This document shows positions 1 to 10,538 of a DNA stretch of 64,000 nt, in pieces (the stretch's first letter is position 1; the number at the start of each line of letters is the position of its first letter). The notes under the pieces were generated by a model. It was not told the DNA's origin. It made no database searches and saw only the letters and a list, made by a program, of their open reading frames with translations. The translations under genes and the position numbers were made by a program. Origin of the DNA: Nemertoderma westbladi (lineage: Eukaryota; Animalia; Xenacoelomorpha); assembly GCA_032718475.1 (NCBI GenBank), contig JAUCBJ010001948.1, positions 52,999 to 116,998 of the forward strand. Direction: 5' to 3'.

Positions 1-1097
1 GACATAAAAGTCATTCTTCTGTATGTGTGCTTTGGCGGACATGGTAAGGCAAAAAACCCGCAAATGCGTCAAATACCCTGGCACAGCTTAGCCTTGATGA
101 TTCAGATTACGACATCTAACAGCTGATTGCTGACATGGAAACGGCTATTGGACACATGGTTCTTTGTTTAGCTTTACAGCCAATCAGAGCGATTTTTTCT
201 GTCGATGTGGAGATATTTGGCCGATCGTGCTAGGAGTGTTCAGTCTTACTGTTTTTTCTTGATACTGTTGTGTTGTTTCTATCTAGGCCAGGAACACCGG
301 CTCTAGAGTCAATTCGTTTCAGACTTTAGAAGAAACATTAGTAGGCTTAAGATTATAGAGCGTATAACTGTTATCAGTTCATATCATAACTTAACATACC
401 GTCTTAATGCTTTTTACTGTTGTCATATTTTGTATCAGTTGGTTGAATATTATTTGGAGAACATCTATAAAGAACCCAAATTTCCCAATTTTCTTGATAC
501 ACTACAGGTTAGAGAGACAGGTTACATATAGCGATTGCGACTTATATTATTGTGGTTTGTAGTGAATTTAATGCTATTTGATAAGCACTACATGAGTCAG
601 TTGCTGTTCTCTTTATATATGATAAAATTCATTGACGGTCGGCAAATTAGTGAGCAGTATTGTGTGTTACCGGTAGTGTGCATGATTGTGACTGATAACT
701 AAGCATTTCCTAAAGAATGCGCCTCATACGTGAATCATAAGCCTTACCGACTTACCGTTGTGATTAGTATAAGTCATATCTCTGTTTACCTAGATAGAGC
801 GCCACGTCCTAAAGGAACTGTTAATATTTCCCGAAAGTGAATAATATTGGTCAGAAATTATTTATTAACGATCAATCGAATAATACAGTAAGCTTACACT
901 GCAATAATAATCTAAGCCCTCAGAATCCAGTCTCCCGGGTATATCCAGCGGGTGAATGGACGCGCACTAGGCTGGCTTCTGCTAATGTTGTGTTTATTGG
1001 TATTAAATATTTGTCAACTTCTAAAGTCTATTTATAAACCAAAAGACATATAAATTTTGGCAGGTTAAACTGCTAAAGGTCTTCAAAAGCGTGTACA
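1..1097 (+). repeat. 5' LTR of element 1 (first ~67 bp outside window)
   Basis: Near-identical to 10606-11702 (about six mismatches spotted by eye); ends ...GTGTACA. Confidence 0.93.
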
Positions 1098-1499
1098 ATA
1101 ACAGTTATTGACTTTATTGCAGTAAGCAATAAAGTTGAAAGTACCGGTCGACCGGTAAACCTGAACCGGTACTTCTGTAGGTCAGTAGGCCCAACTGCCA
1201 GAACCGGTACTGCTGTAGGTCCGTAGGTCCAACTGCCAGAACCGGTACTTCTGTAGGTCCGTAGGCCCAACTGTCCTAACCGGTACTTCCAGTATAAGTA
1301 CATTAGTATTATTCGATTTTGATTATTGTATACCGGTAGGTCTCGATATTAAATCGGGGACGCCTGGTTTTTATTGGGATTTTACTTAGGTCTATTTCTG
1401 TCAGTTTTATTTCCTAGTAAGTTAATATTGAGCTGAAGACGTGTAAGTCTGCTCAGATTGTTCAGATAACTGTAGGCCGGACTGTTGTCGGATTGTTGT

Positions 1500-2010
1500 T
1501 GGGTTTGGAGAGATTGCGGCGTGTGTAGAGTTTGTCCGATAGAGTGCCAGTTAGTAAGTTGGGGCAGCCATAGCTGTAAGGTCAATCCCCTCTTAAAGAA
1601 TAAGTCGTACTACCGTGTTAGAACGCATACTAACTAACCATTTTGGAATCTGCACATACTGTAGTTTATTTAGGCTTGACAGTATTCTGCCAGCGTTTTG
1701 GCCTGTGTTTGTTTGTGTGGTCTGTTCAGGTACCGTAATAGTTATTACTCAGATATTTTGTAGGCTGGATTGTTGTCTAGCTATTATTAGGTCTGAAGAG
1801 ATTGCTGCGTGTGTAGAGTTTGTCTGATAAAGTGCCAGTTAGTATGTTGGGGCAGCCATAGCTGTAAGGTCAATCCCCTCTTAAAGAATAAGTCGTACTA
1901 CCGTGTTAGAACGCATACTAACTAACCATTTCGGAATCTGCACATACTGTAGTTTATTTAGGCTTGGTGGTAGTCTGCCAGCGTTTGGTTTGTATTTTGT
2001 TTGAGTATTC
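1500..2010 (+). repeat. 288-bp-period tandem duplication in the leader of element 1
   Basis: CAGCCATAGCTGTAAGGTCAATCCCC at 1565 and 1853; element 2 has only one copy (~35420-35660). Confidence 0.8.
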
Positions 2011-3358
2011 TGCACGGGTAGCGTAATATTTATTATTCAGAGTTTATGCGATTATTCGCAACATTAATGTCCCCAAGTTTATTCCTACAGTAATTGTGCT
2101 TGTTATATATACCGTTATAGTTAAATTAACCCCGGGACTATACGGGCTGCTTGGCGTAGGAAAAGACTGGTGACTTTGTGCTTTGGTCACTCCAGCAGAT
2201 GCCGTGGTTCTTTTAACTGTTCAAGTATATTTAACTACTGATTATTTGTTGTACCAGTACTTGTACCTAATTTAGGGTTTAGTGTACAGTGCTTTCCGAA
2301 GTAATTAGTGTGTAGGCAGTATATTTGTGTTGTAAAGTGGTTAATAGGCACGTTGGATCTGGTAGTCCACGGTAATTAACTTCCAGGTAGGAACACTCCG
2401 TGATACATAACGTAGTACCTATAGCGATACGGCTATAGGTCGTCAGGCGGTGGAATTTTCCTATCTGGACAGTGCAATATATTTACTACTACTTATTATT
2501 TTCAAATACCGTAGTACCCTGTCCGTTGTAATAATCAGAATTCTAACCCTTTGTTAGGCTGGTTTGTAGACTTCCTGTAAAATTACCCTAAAAATTTCGT
2601 ACGTAATATTTTTTGTTGTGTTTAATTAGAGAATTAATCTCACCCGTATCGTAAGTAATTCGTAGATAAGTAACTTAGGAAGTAGAATTATCTGTTTTAG
2701 TGTCTAATGAGTAGCACTTCACTGAGAGCGCACAGCTTTTGTGTAGTGATTACTTCCCAGAAATAGTAACATCTATTTCAATATTGTAACAAAACCCCTC
2801 ATACGGGTACATATAAATCCACTAAATCTATTAATAAAACAGTAGGCCTGTTATACAACACTTAGGTCTTAATATCAGTTGGACTGCTGCTCAAATAACG
2901 GTAATAAAGTAAGTAAAGTAACCAAGTAACCCATAACATTCAGAAATTCAATTATTTTAAAATAATTGACATACCGGTTTTTACAATAGGCTTATTATAT
3001 TTATTTCTATAAATTTAGGCTGAATTCATACCGGTATTCTGTAATTAATTCTAGTCTGTAATAATTATACTTATATATACTATAAGTGTCAGCTGTATAC
3101 CGGTATTCACGATAGGCCTATTATATATTTATATATATTTGTGCTAAATTTATATACCGGTACTCTGTGACAAATCTAGTCTGTAATAATACTTATATAT
3201 ATACTATAAGCATACCGGTATTCTAATATATTATATATATATCACGCTACACTGAGTAGCAGTATCGGTAATTAATTATTAGGCTAACAGTGATACTGAA
3301 TTACTAGACTTACTTTAACTGTATTTATAGCCGTAGGCATTCAACTGTGTAAACAAAC

Positions 3359-6300
3359 ATGTCAGACACAACCCAATCACTATCGGATAGTCTCTTAGAA
3401 AGTGTTAGAATGACTGTCAGACAGTGCCTTAAAAAGATCAGTGACCCAGATCCAAGTATAGAACATCCTAGATCCAAGTCTAAGTCACCTACTATTGTAA
3501 AAAAGGCCATCCCTACAGTAGTAGTGTCAGACCCTAGGCTAGTAGAACAACGTAGGTCTATCATCGGCACTCGGGCCCAAGTCAAGCGGGATCAAGAAGC
3601 AGCTGTCAAACAGCAGCAACATCCTAGCCAAGAACCTAGTTCTCAGCGGCCCGATAGCTCCAGTAGTTCGGATACTGCTGAGCGGACACCCGAACGCGGA
3701 GCGAAGATGGCGGATACGGTTTATGATGAGTGGCCAACCTTTGAAGAATCAACCGACGCCACTTCTTCTCAAGTGGAAAGCGAGGTGGAAAGCGAAGTGG
3801 AAAGCGAATTAACAGCCGCAGAGAAGCCGCGAACTAGAGACGCCATTGACATCTATCTGTCAGACTATCAGCGATTCATAGGAGACAAAGAGTTGAGGAG
3901 ACGACTGTCTGGACTTCGCCCTAATAGTGAAGGAACAAAGCTTGTGTTGGACGCAATCGATGCGGAAATGTTGGCTGCAAACCAAGCTAAATTTGATGAA
4001 AAACTCCGCCTCGCTAGAGTCCAAGAAGAACAAGTAAAGAAAAGACGGATAGAGGAACAAAAGGCGGCGGCCATGGCAGAAGCAGAACGGAGAGCGTCTG
4101 AGCAGACTACCCAACTGGAGTTGGAAAATCTGCAAGAGACGCAAGACAACATAAATAAACAGTTAACTGCTAGTCGAATGCAGATGATGAGACGATCTAC
4201 TCCAAAACGCCAGGGATACACATCATCGGAGGAAAGCGAAACCACCGATCCTGAAGGCGGAGGAAATAGATCCTGTCTAAGCAGGCGTAGAAAAACATCT
4301 CACCGCCACAAATTGCCTGATTTGCCCCCGGCGGTTAGAAGACAACTAACTAGCACAGACTTAGGTAGTACAGAACCCACAGAACAAATTATTCAGGTCA
4401 AAAGACTCCCTACAATAGTTGATGAGCCTGAAATAATTAGGCCTGTCGTTCCCAAAGCCACTCCTGTGCTAGAGACCCCTGTACTTCCAGAGCTTAACTC
4501 TAAATTCCCTCTACACAGTACTACAATGCCTGTACCCGGTAGAACAGTCCATGAGAATATCCCTGTCCTGGAAGCTGAGAGAGAAATCAAAGATTTGTCT
4601 CCCGTCGTCCCGCGTCAGCCCGCTACAATGTTGGCGACTCCCGCTTCGGCGGTCGAGTGGGTAGAGGAGGGAAGGCGGGGGATGAATCTCCTGCTCAGAC
4701 AGATGCAGGAGACTGTCCACCAACTTAAGGGAACAGTAAGGGAAGGTAGGGCCGAATTGCAAGAAGTGCAGCAAAGTTTCGCTCTAGAACACGACAAATT
4801 AGTCAATATACAAAAAGCGATACCAATACCCCCTGTAACATTGTGTCAACCTGTTAGGTCTGAAGTATTACATGCGCAAGGTGTGAGGCCTACACGCATC
4901 TATACTGCTAGTGAAGTAGAAACTCCTATAGCAAACCCTATTAAGGGTGATTATAAACCTGTTGTTAATGATATTCCCTATAGACCTGATAATGATCCGA
5001 GAAATTTATATACCGATAATTCGATATTAAATAACACGATGGCCCAAGAAAGCTTTACGCGTCAGATGGCTAGAACAGAAGCCCGCCAAGCGGTCAAAGT
5101 GGGAGAGATCGTCAAATTCAATGGAGATGAGATGAAATGGTTACCTTTCAATGAATATTACAAAGACAGCATACAGAACTCAGTACTATCTAACGGTGAG
5201 AAACTTAGGTTCCTCATCAAGTGCTTGGAAGGACCTCCCAAGTTAATGGCGTTAATGTTCATTGGACATCCAGAAGGATTAAGACAAGTATGGGATACAT
5301 TAAACATCAGGTATGGTAACAAGGATAACATAGCTAAGTATTTGTATGCAAAATTAGTAGCCCCCCGAAACTTTCTTAGTAGCGGGATTATAGAGTTTTC
5401 CGATGAGATTCAGGAGATCTGTAGACAATTGGACTGGTTAGGTAAGTCTCATGAATATCAGAGTTCCATGGTTATTGGAGCCGTAGTCTCTACTTTGCCA
5501 AAGGGTGGAGTATGTACACGCTGGGACAAGAAAGTGTTGTATATGAATGAGCAGCAACGACGAAGCCCTACCATGGCTGATCTCATGTCCTTCTTAGATA
5601 GTGAAGTAAAATTACAACTCATAAAGCAGTCCAGAGAGAAAACATCGGAAAATAAGGTAAGTGAGAAACCCGTTTCTAGGAGAAGGATAATACCAGTGTG
5701 TTATACTGACGACGGCGAAAGCCAAGCTTCTCAAGAAGAGGACAGCGGGAAAGACACAGCAAAATCTTACTATGACAACAAGACCTATAAAGACGTAAGT
5801 AAATATAAGTCTCGAACCAGTGACAGGAGAGAACAGGTTGCTAAGACTCCTCCTCAGTCTCCTAACAGAATGCACGGAAGAAAGCCCGAAGAAAGAACGA
5901 GAGTGCATCACGTTACCCAAGGTAAAGTGAGTAACATCAAACCAAACTGTGCGCTGTGCGACGGGCCCCACCGTTTGAGTGCGTGTGCTGAATTTCTAAA
6001 GAAATCCCTTGTAGACAGACGTGCAGTCATGTGGGATAAGCGGTTATGCTATAATTGCCTCAGATCAGGACACCAACGGCGAACCTGTTACTCCGACGTA
6101 AAGTGTGCAAAGTGTGGCGCGAAACATCACATCTTGTTACACAGTGAGTTCGAACGAGACAACCCGAGTCAGGTAAGTGAGCCCGAACTACATGTCCAAT
6201 TCAGTGATGTAAATGACACTGATCAAGAGTCTGAGATGGAAGGATTCTATACTGACGAATTCTCCGACGCCAACGAATCCTGTTACCTAATAAATACCGC

Positions 6301-7381
6301 AGTGTATCGAGCACTTACTTACGAAAAGGACACCGACAATGGGTTCCCCCCAACTACCTTTGACAGACAACCATCTTGGAAACCTCCAACTTCCAAAGTA
6401 GGAATCAGAGAATTTCCTGTAGTGCAGGTAAGAGTTCACGGTCCTACCAAAAGTTACATAGTGAACGCCCTCCTTGACTCCGGCAGCACAGGAACATTCA
6501 TCGATCAAGAACTAGCCGAAGATATCTTTGCTGGACAACCCAAATTCCAAACTAAGTTGAATATGTCCGGAATTATGCAGGTTTGGAAATCTACCATAAC
6601 GGCAGATTACTATGTAGGTGCGTTGTCCACCCCCCAGGATAAATTAGGAGCACAAAGTATAAGGTCAGTAAAAATGGTGGCTATAAAGAACTTCGCTACT
6701 ACCCAAGCAGAACCTTATAACTGGGACGAGGACGAGAGCATCCAACAGCTTAAGATACCTCGATTCCAGACAGATTATCCTGGAGTGCAAATACTCATCG
6801 GCCAAAACGCGCATGAGGCGCTCGAGACATTGGAGAAACGGCCTGCTCAACCGCAGCCACTGCAAACCTATGCGGTAAGAACTAGAGTAGGTTGGTACTT
6901 CACTGGCCCTTCCCATAGAACTCTCAAAGAGAGATTACCTCAACAACAGGTATACCAAGTAAAGGAATGGGAAGTGGAGAGCAGTGATGTGGACGATCCA
7001 ACTGAGGGAACACCATACTCCTCAGATAATGACGATATTAACTCCAATGTAGATCAATGGAGACATTGCCTTGGGACGATTAATCCAGCCGACATCGCTT
7101 CCAGAGGAGCAACTCCTCAAGAACTAATAGATACTCCAGGCTGGTTAGGTGGATCCTACTTCTTAAGTAAAGAAGAAGAAGAATGGCCTCCTCATCTTAC
7201 CACGGCGGAGATTAGACAGGCCAAGGGAGCGGAGAAAGTAACACAACAACTCAATCGCCCAGCTAGTCGTTTATGTTTACTGGAAAGAGACCGAAAACTG
7301 TCCGGAAACTATGGAAGGCAAGATACTCTTCCTACGACTACTTCCCTAATCCGACAAATATCTAGGGACTCCATAACGTGA
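3359..7381 (+). CDS. Bel/Pao Gag-aspartic protease polyprotein with in-frame deletions of RT, most of RNase H and integrase
   Basis: 1340-aa ORF. Zn knuckles CALCDGPH..C, CYNCLRSGH..C, CAKCGAKHHILLH; protease LLDSGS; then only WRHCLGTINPADIASRG (end of RNase H) and LNRPASRLCLLE (end of IN) remain when compared with element 2. Confidence 0.9.
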   Translation: MSDTTQSLSDSLLESVRMTVRQCLKKISDPDPSIEHPRSKSKSPTIVKKAIPTVVVSDPRLVEQRRSIIGTRAQVKRDQEAAVKQQQHPSQEPSSQRPDSSSSSDTAERTPERGAKMADTVYDEWPTFEESTDATSSQVESEVESEVESELTAAEKPRTRDAIDIYLSDYQRFIGDKELRRRLSGLRPNSEGTKLVLDAIDAEMLAANQAKFDEKLRLARVQEEQVKKRRIEEQKAAAMAEAERRASEQTTQLELENLQETQDNINKQLTASRMQMMRRSTPKRQGYTSSEESETTDPEGGGNRSCLSRRRKTSHRHKLPDLPPAVRRQLTSTDLGSTEPTEQIIQVKRLPTIVDEPEIIRPVVPKATPVLETPVLPELNSKFPLHSTTMPVPGRTVHENIPVLEAEREIKDLSPVVPRQPATMLATPASAVEWVEEGRRGMNLLLRQMQETVHQLKGTVREGRAELQEVQQSFALEHDKLVNIQKAIPIPPVTLCQPVRSEVLHAQGVRPTRIYTASEVETPIANPIKGDYKPVVNDIPYRPDNDPRNLYTDNSILNNTMAQESFTRQMARTEARQAVKVGEIVKFNGDEMKWLPFNEYYKDSIQNSVLSNGEKLRFLIKCLEGPPKLMALMFIGHPEGLRQVWDTLNIRYGNKDNIAKYLYAKLVAPRNFLSSGIIEFSDEIQEICRQLDWLGKSHEYQSSMVIGAVVSTLPKGGVCTRWDKKVLYMNEQQRRSPTMADLMSFLDSEVKLQLIKQSREKTSENKVSEKPVSRRRIIPVCYTDDGESQASQEEDSGKDTAKSYYDNKTYKDVSKYKSRTSDRREQVAKTPPQSPNRMHGRKPEERTRVHHVTQGKVSNIKPNCALCDGPHRLSACAEFLKKSLVDRRAVMWDKRLCYNCLRSGHQRRTCYSDVKCAKCGAKHHILLHSEFERDNPSQVSEPELHVQFSDVNDTDQESEMEGFYTDEFSDANESCYLINTAVYRALTYEKDTDNGFPPTTFDRQPSWKPPTSKVGIREFPVVQVRVHGPTKSYIVNALLDSGSTGTFIDQELAEDIFAGQPKFQTKLNMSGIMQVWKSTITADYYVGALSTPQDKLGAQSIRSVKMVAIKNFATTQAEPYNWDEDESIQQLKIPRFQTDYPGVQILIGQNAHEALETLEKRPAQPQPLQTYAVRTRVGWYFTGPSHRTLKERLPQQQVYQVKEWEVESSDVDDPTEGTPYSSDNDDINSNVDQWRHCLGTINPADIASRGATPQELIDTPGWLGGSYFLSKEEEEWPPHLTTAEIRQAKGAEKVTQQLNRPASRLCLLERDRKLSGNYGRQDTLPTTTSLIRQISRDSIT

Positions 7382-9011
7382 TAGCATGTGGAGTGGGCGT
7401 GTGACTATATCATTTTATATTTGTTTTTATTTTATATTTATGTATGTATTATTATGTAATTTTATTATAATCGTTTTCTTTAATTTTATTTAGTAGAATG
7501 TTATTTTAGTGATTATTTAGTAGATTAGTGCAATATATTAGTGTTTATTACGTACGTAATTACTTATAATATATATTTAGTGCGACGGCGAGAAATAATT
7601 ATTTTTTCTCTTTCCTTACTGTCCGTATCATATTATAAATACGTGACTACAGTAAGATGAAATGTCCGTACTTATTAAAGTACAATAAAGCTCCTACTAT
7701 ACTTAAGTATTATTGGTAGGCAGAGTATTAGGAATGCAAAGTTCAGATCCTCGTGTCTCGGCTAAACCAAGCTCTGGGTAGACCTTGGAAACGACTTGCC
7801 TCTTCACACTGACATTGCTTCGTGCGATATTGATCTCATACCATATATAATAATACATATAGTAGCGTGATGTCCCTCTAACAGTAGCGTGAAACGCAAA
7901 TAAATCTGTTAAACCTTTTGACCATCTGTAATTCTAGTCGATTAAGATATCGCGGCACCCACCGATATACTTGAAAGACAAATTCTAGAATCAGTGGTTA
8001 ACGTCCCCAGACAAGTTCTGGAATAAATCGGTGCCCATCTTAAATATTAATTTAATATTTATTAAAATCTGTAAAATTCAGATCCTTTAAAATTTCTAGT
8101 CAATTAAGATATCGTAGCACTTACCGATACTCTTAAAAGACAATTTTATAGAATTAAAGATCCTCAGTCCCCAGACATGCTCTGGAATAAAAATTGAGTC
8201 AATTTTAACATCAAATAATAAAATTCACGGGAATAAATTTAAATTCATATTTTAAATGAATTTCATAAATTGTCATTTTGTGCAATTTATAACATTCCCA
8301 AAATTCCATTAATTAATAGATCATGGGAGCGGAGATTCATCCTATTGAGTGTATTAGAGTGCGAGAATCTCCAACATATAGTCAGTAGCCGATAAAAATT
8401 AATAAAATCATGCATAAAGAGGATATTGACAATTAAAGAATTACTATTAAATAGCATTCCAGATCTGTATGCATGAGAATTACCCTAATTCTACCGCTAG
8501 CATTCCATAATGTCACCATAGCAACACCCACGCTAGAATTAGAAGCAAGATAAAAGAACAATAGAAAGCTTGTCACATTGCATAGCATAGAGAATACATA
8601 GCACACTGTTAGTATCCAAGGATACACAGTAATAACGTGACATTCTGGAAGGCACTGACTAACGGACAAATGGCCTGTATGTGTACAATTGGTGACAGTT
8701 GTGTGGAATTTGTGCGTTTATAGGTGAATGTTACTGCTAAAGTATGTTTACAGTAGCTAGTCGCAATTGTGAAAGTAGCCCAACTCTCCTATAGAAAGAA
8801 CCTAAAGTGGATTCAAGCCTTTGGGACGGACAGTGGAGTGACTTGTGCCGGTTATCGTTGTCGTGATGTTGCTACATGTTGGCGTAAACGCCGCGACGAC
8901 GGTACATCGGCGCTGAGAATCCCACTGTCCGGGGGCAAAGAGAGGTAGGCAGCGACGTCCGCTCGCCTAAACATAAACTCATTTCGATATTAATAAACTC
9001 AGATAGCAGAT

Positions 9012-10460
9012 ATGACGGAGTTGATAGAAGATGATCTTGGTATCAGGGAGCGATATACTCTACCTTTACAAGCATTTGTGGATAGCTTGATACGCGGTGA
9101 AACCGATCCAACCATTACGGAGGACGATGGTCGTTATATCGAACCGCCGATGTCCCAAGAGCAACTTACGCGTGAATTGGACTAGCGAAAATTCACCGCT
9201 CGCTATACGCATCGTAATAGTACGTATATGGACTTCCTAACTACCGGCCATCCTATCGATTTACATGATACGGACGATGTAGACACCGAAAGGGAAATGG
9301 TTCTATTTAAATATCATACCCAGCGGAGTCGTAACGATAAACCAAGAATAGATCACGAAAATTATATTCGTAACAGACTGGGAAGACGAACCAATATGCC
9401 TAGAATCTGAGGAGATTCAGCCTATCGCGCCCGGAACAGCGACAACGATTACATCCTAGAATGGTATCAAGGTCCACAGTGTCTCACTGCGTACGATTAT
9501 CGCCATGCCAACTATGTTTCTCGGCAACGTTGTCGGTTATGCGCATCGAGAGACCATGTTACGCCCATGGACACAAACGTCCGCTGTTCCTATTTCCACG
9601 AACAACCGGCGATGGAAATTTATTGTGCGTATTGCAGACTCAATAACTTGCACATTTTTGCGGTTTGCCCTCAATTTATGACTCAATGTCACCATCGTCA
9701 ACTAAAGGGACACGCCAGTTTCGATTGCCCTTTTAATCACGATTTGGAAAGCGTAGATGAAATGATCACACTACGTTACATCAGAGCTTGGGAAGCGAAC
9801 ACTGATTTACATTGTGATTCGCGTCATCGTTATTATCCTGGACGCGCTTACGAAGGAGTTTATGCGTTCCATCCTTATCTATTCGCTTCTGTCGAACAGA
9901 AATCACGCATATCGAGTTACGAACTACTGAAGCGCGTCGGAGAATGTATTTCAACCAAGTTCGTACGCAAATTTCTCAGGAGTGTTAATCCTAGCGACCT
10001 TCATTCCTATAACTTAATCAATTATATCCGTCAGGATCCGGACTATGGAGACTTATTTGTTAACTCACACCCCGAGTTACAGGAAGTGTATCGACGACCT
10101 TACGAATACCGAGCCCGCGAACGCGAGTTGGAAAGAACCATTAAACCCAGGAGGTTTCTGACTGCCTATGGTCCACCCACGGCTCTCGTTCAGACCACTC
10201 GTAAAGGACCCGTAGGAGCGGCTGTCTTAAAACGCGCTCTCAAAGCCGTTAGACCCCTCTCCCCCGACGTTGATGTCAATCAACCCAGAACTTCGACTGG
10301 CGGATACACCGACCATAATCCTACACCCTCTGATACAATTATATTGCACCCTTCACCCAGGAGTTATAGCCCTCCTTGTAAGGTGGCTCGCCCCAAAGAG
10401 AAAAGGACTCTGGCCAGCTTTAAAAAACTGCGTAAACGCCGTCCGCGCAAGAAAGGCTAA
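9012..10460 (+). pseudogene. Extra 3' ORF (ORF3) of element 1, ~482 codons with two in-frame stops; Cys/His knuckle-like centre and basic C-terminus
   Basis: ATG at 9012 is in frame with ORFs 9228-9410 and 9567-10460; stops at 9183 (TAG) and 9408 (TGA). Motifs CRLCASRDH..C, CAYCRLNNLHIFAVC, CHHRQLKGHASFDC; ends KKLRKRRPRKKG. Homologous flanks are present in element 2. Confidence 0.75.
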
Positions 10461-10538
10461 CTGTTTAGAGTATTTACATATATTAGAAACTGTGATTTTT
10501 GTATATTTATAAACTTGAATCCCATTTTCTGGGAGCGG

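Noticed and set aside
837-1037. Identical 66-aa ORFs at 837 and 11442
   Set aside because: They lie inside the LTRs, start at GTG and have no motif; the duplication is explained by the LTR repeat.
2168-2200. TGGTGAC/TGGTCACTCC as a displaced PBS for element 1
   Set aside because: More than 1 kb from the LTR end, so it cannot generate the observed LTR boundary; no convincing tRNA match.
7030-7250. Deletions in element 1 as products of splicing
   Set aside because: Junction sequences compared with element 2 do not fit clean GT-AG removal.
8433-8669. Antisense 78-aa hydrophobic ORF in the conserved post-pol block
   Set aside because: Frame broken by indels in element 2 (e.g. TAGTCAAGTG versus TAGTCAGTG).
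9012-10460. ORF3 as an envelope gene
   Set aside because: No signal peptide or transmembrane segment; hydrophilic with a basic tail.
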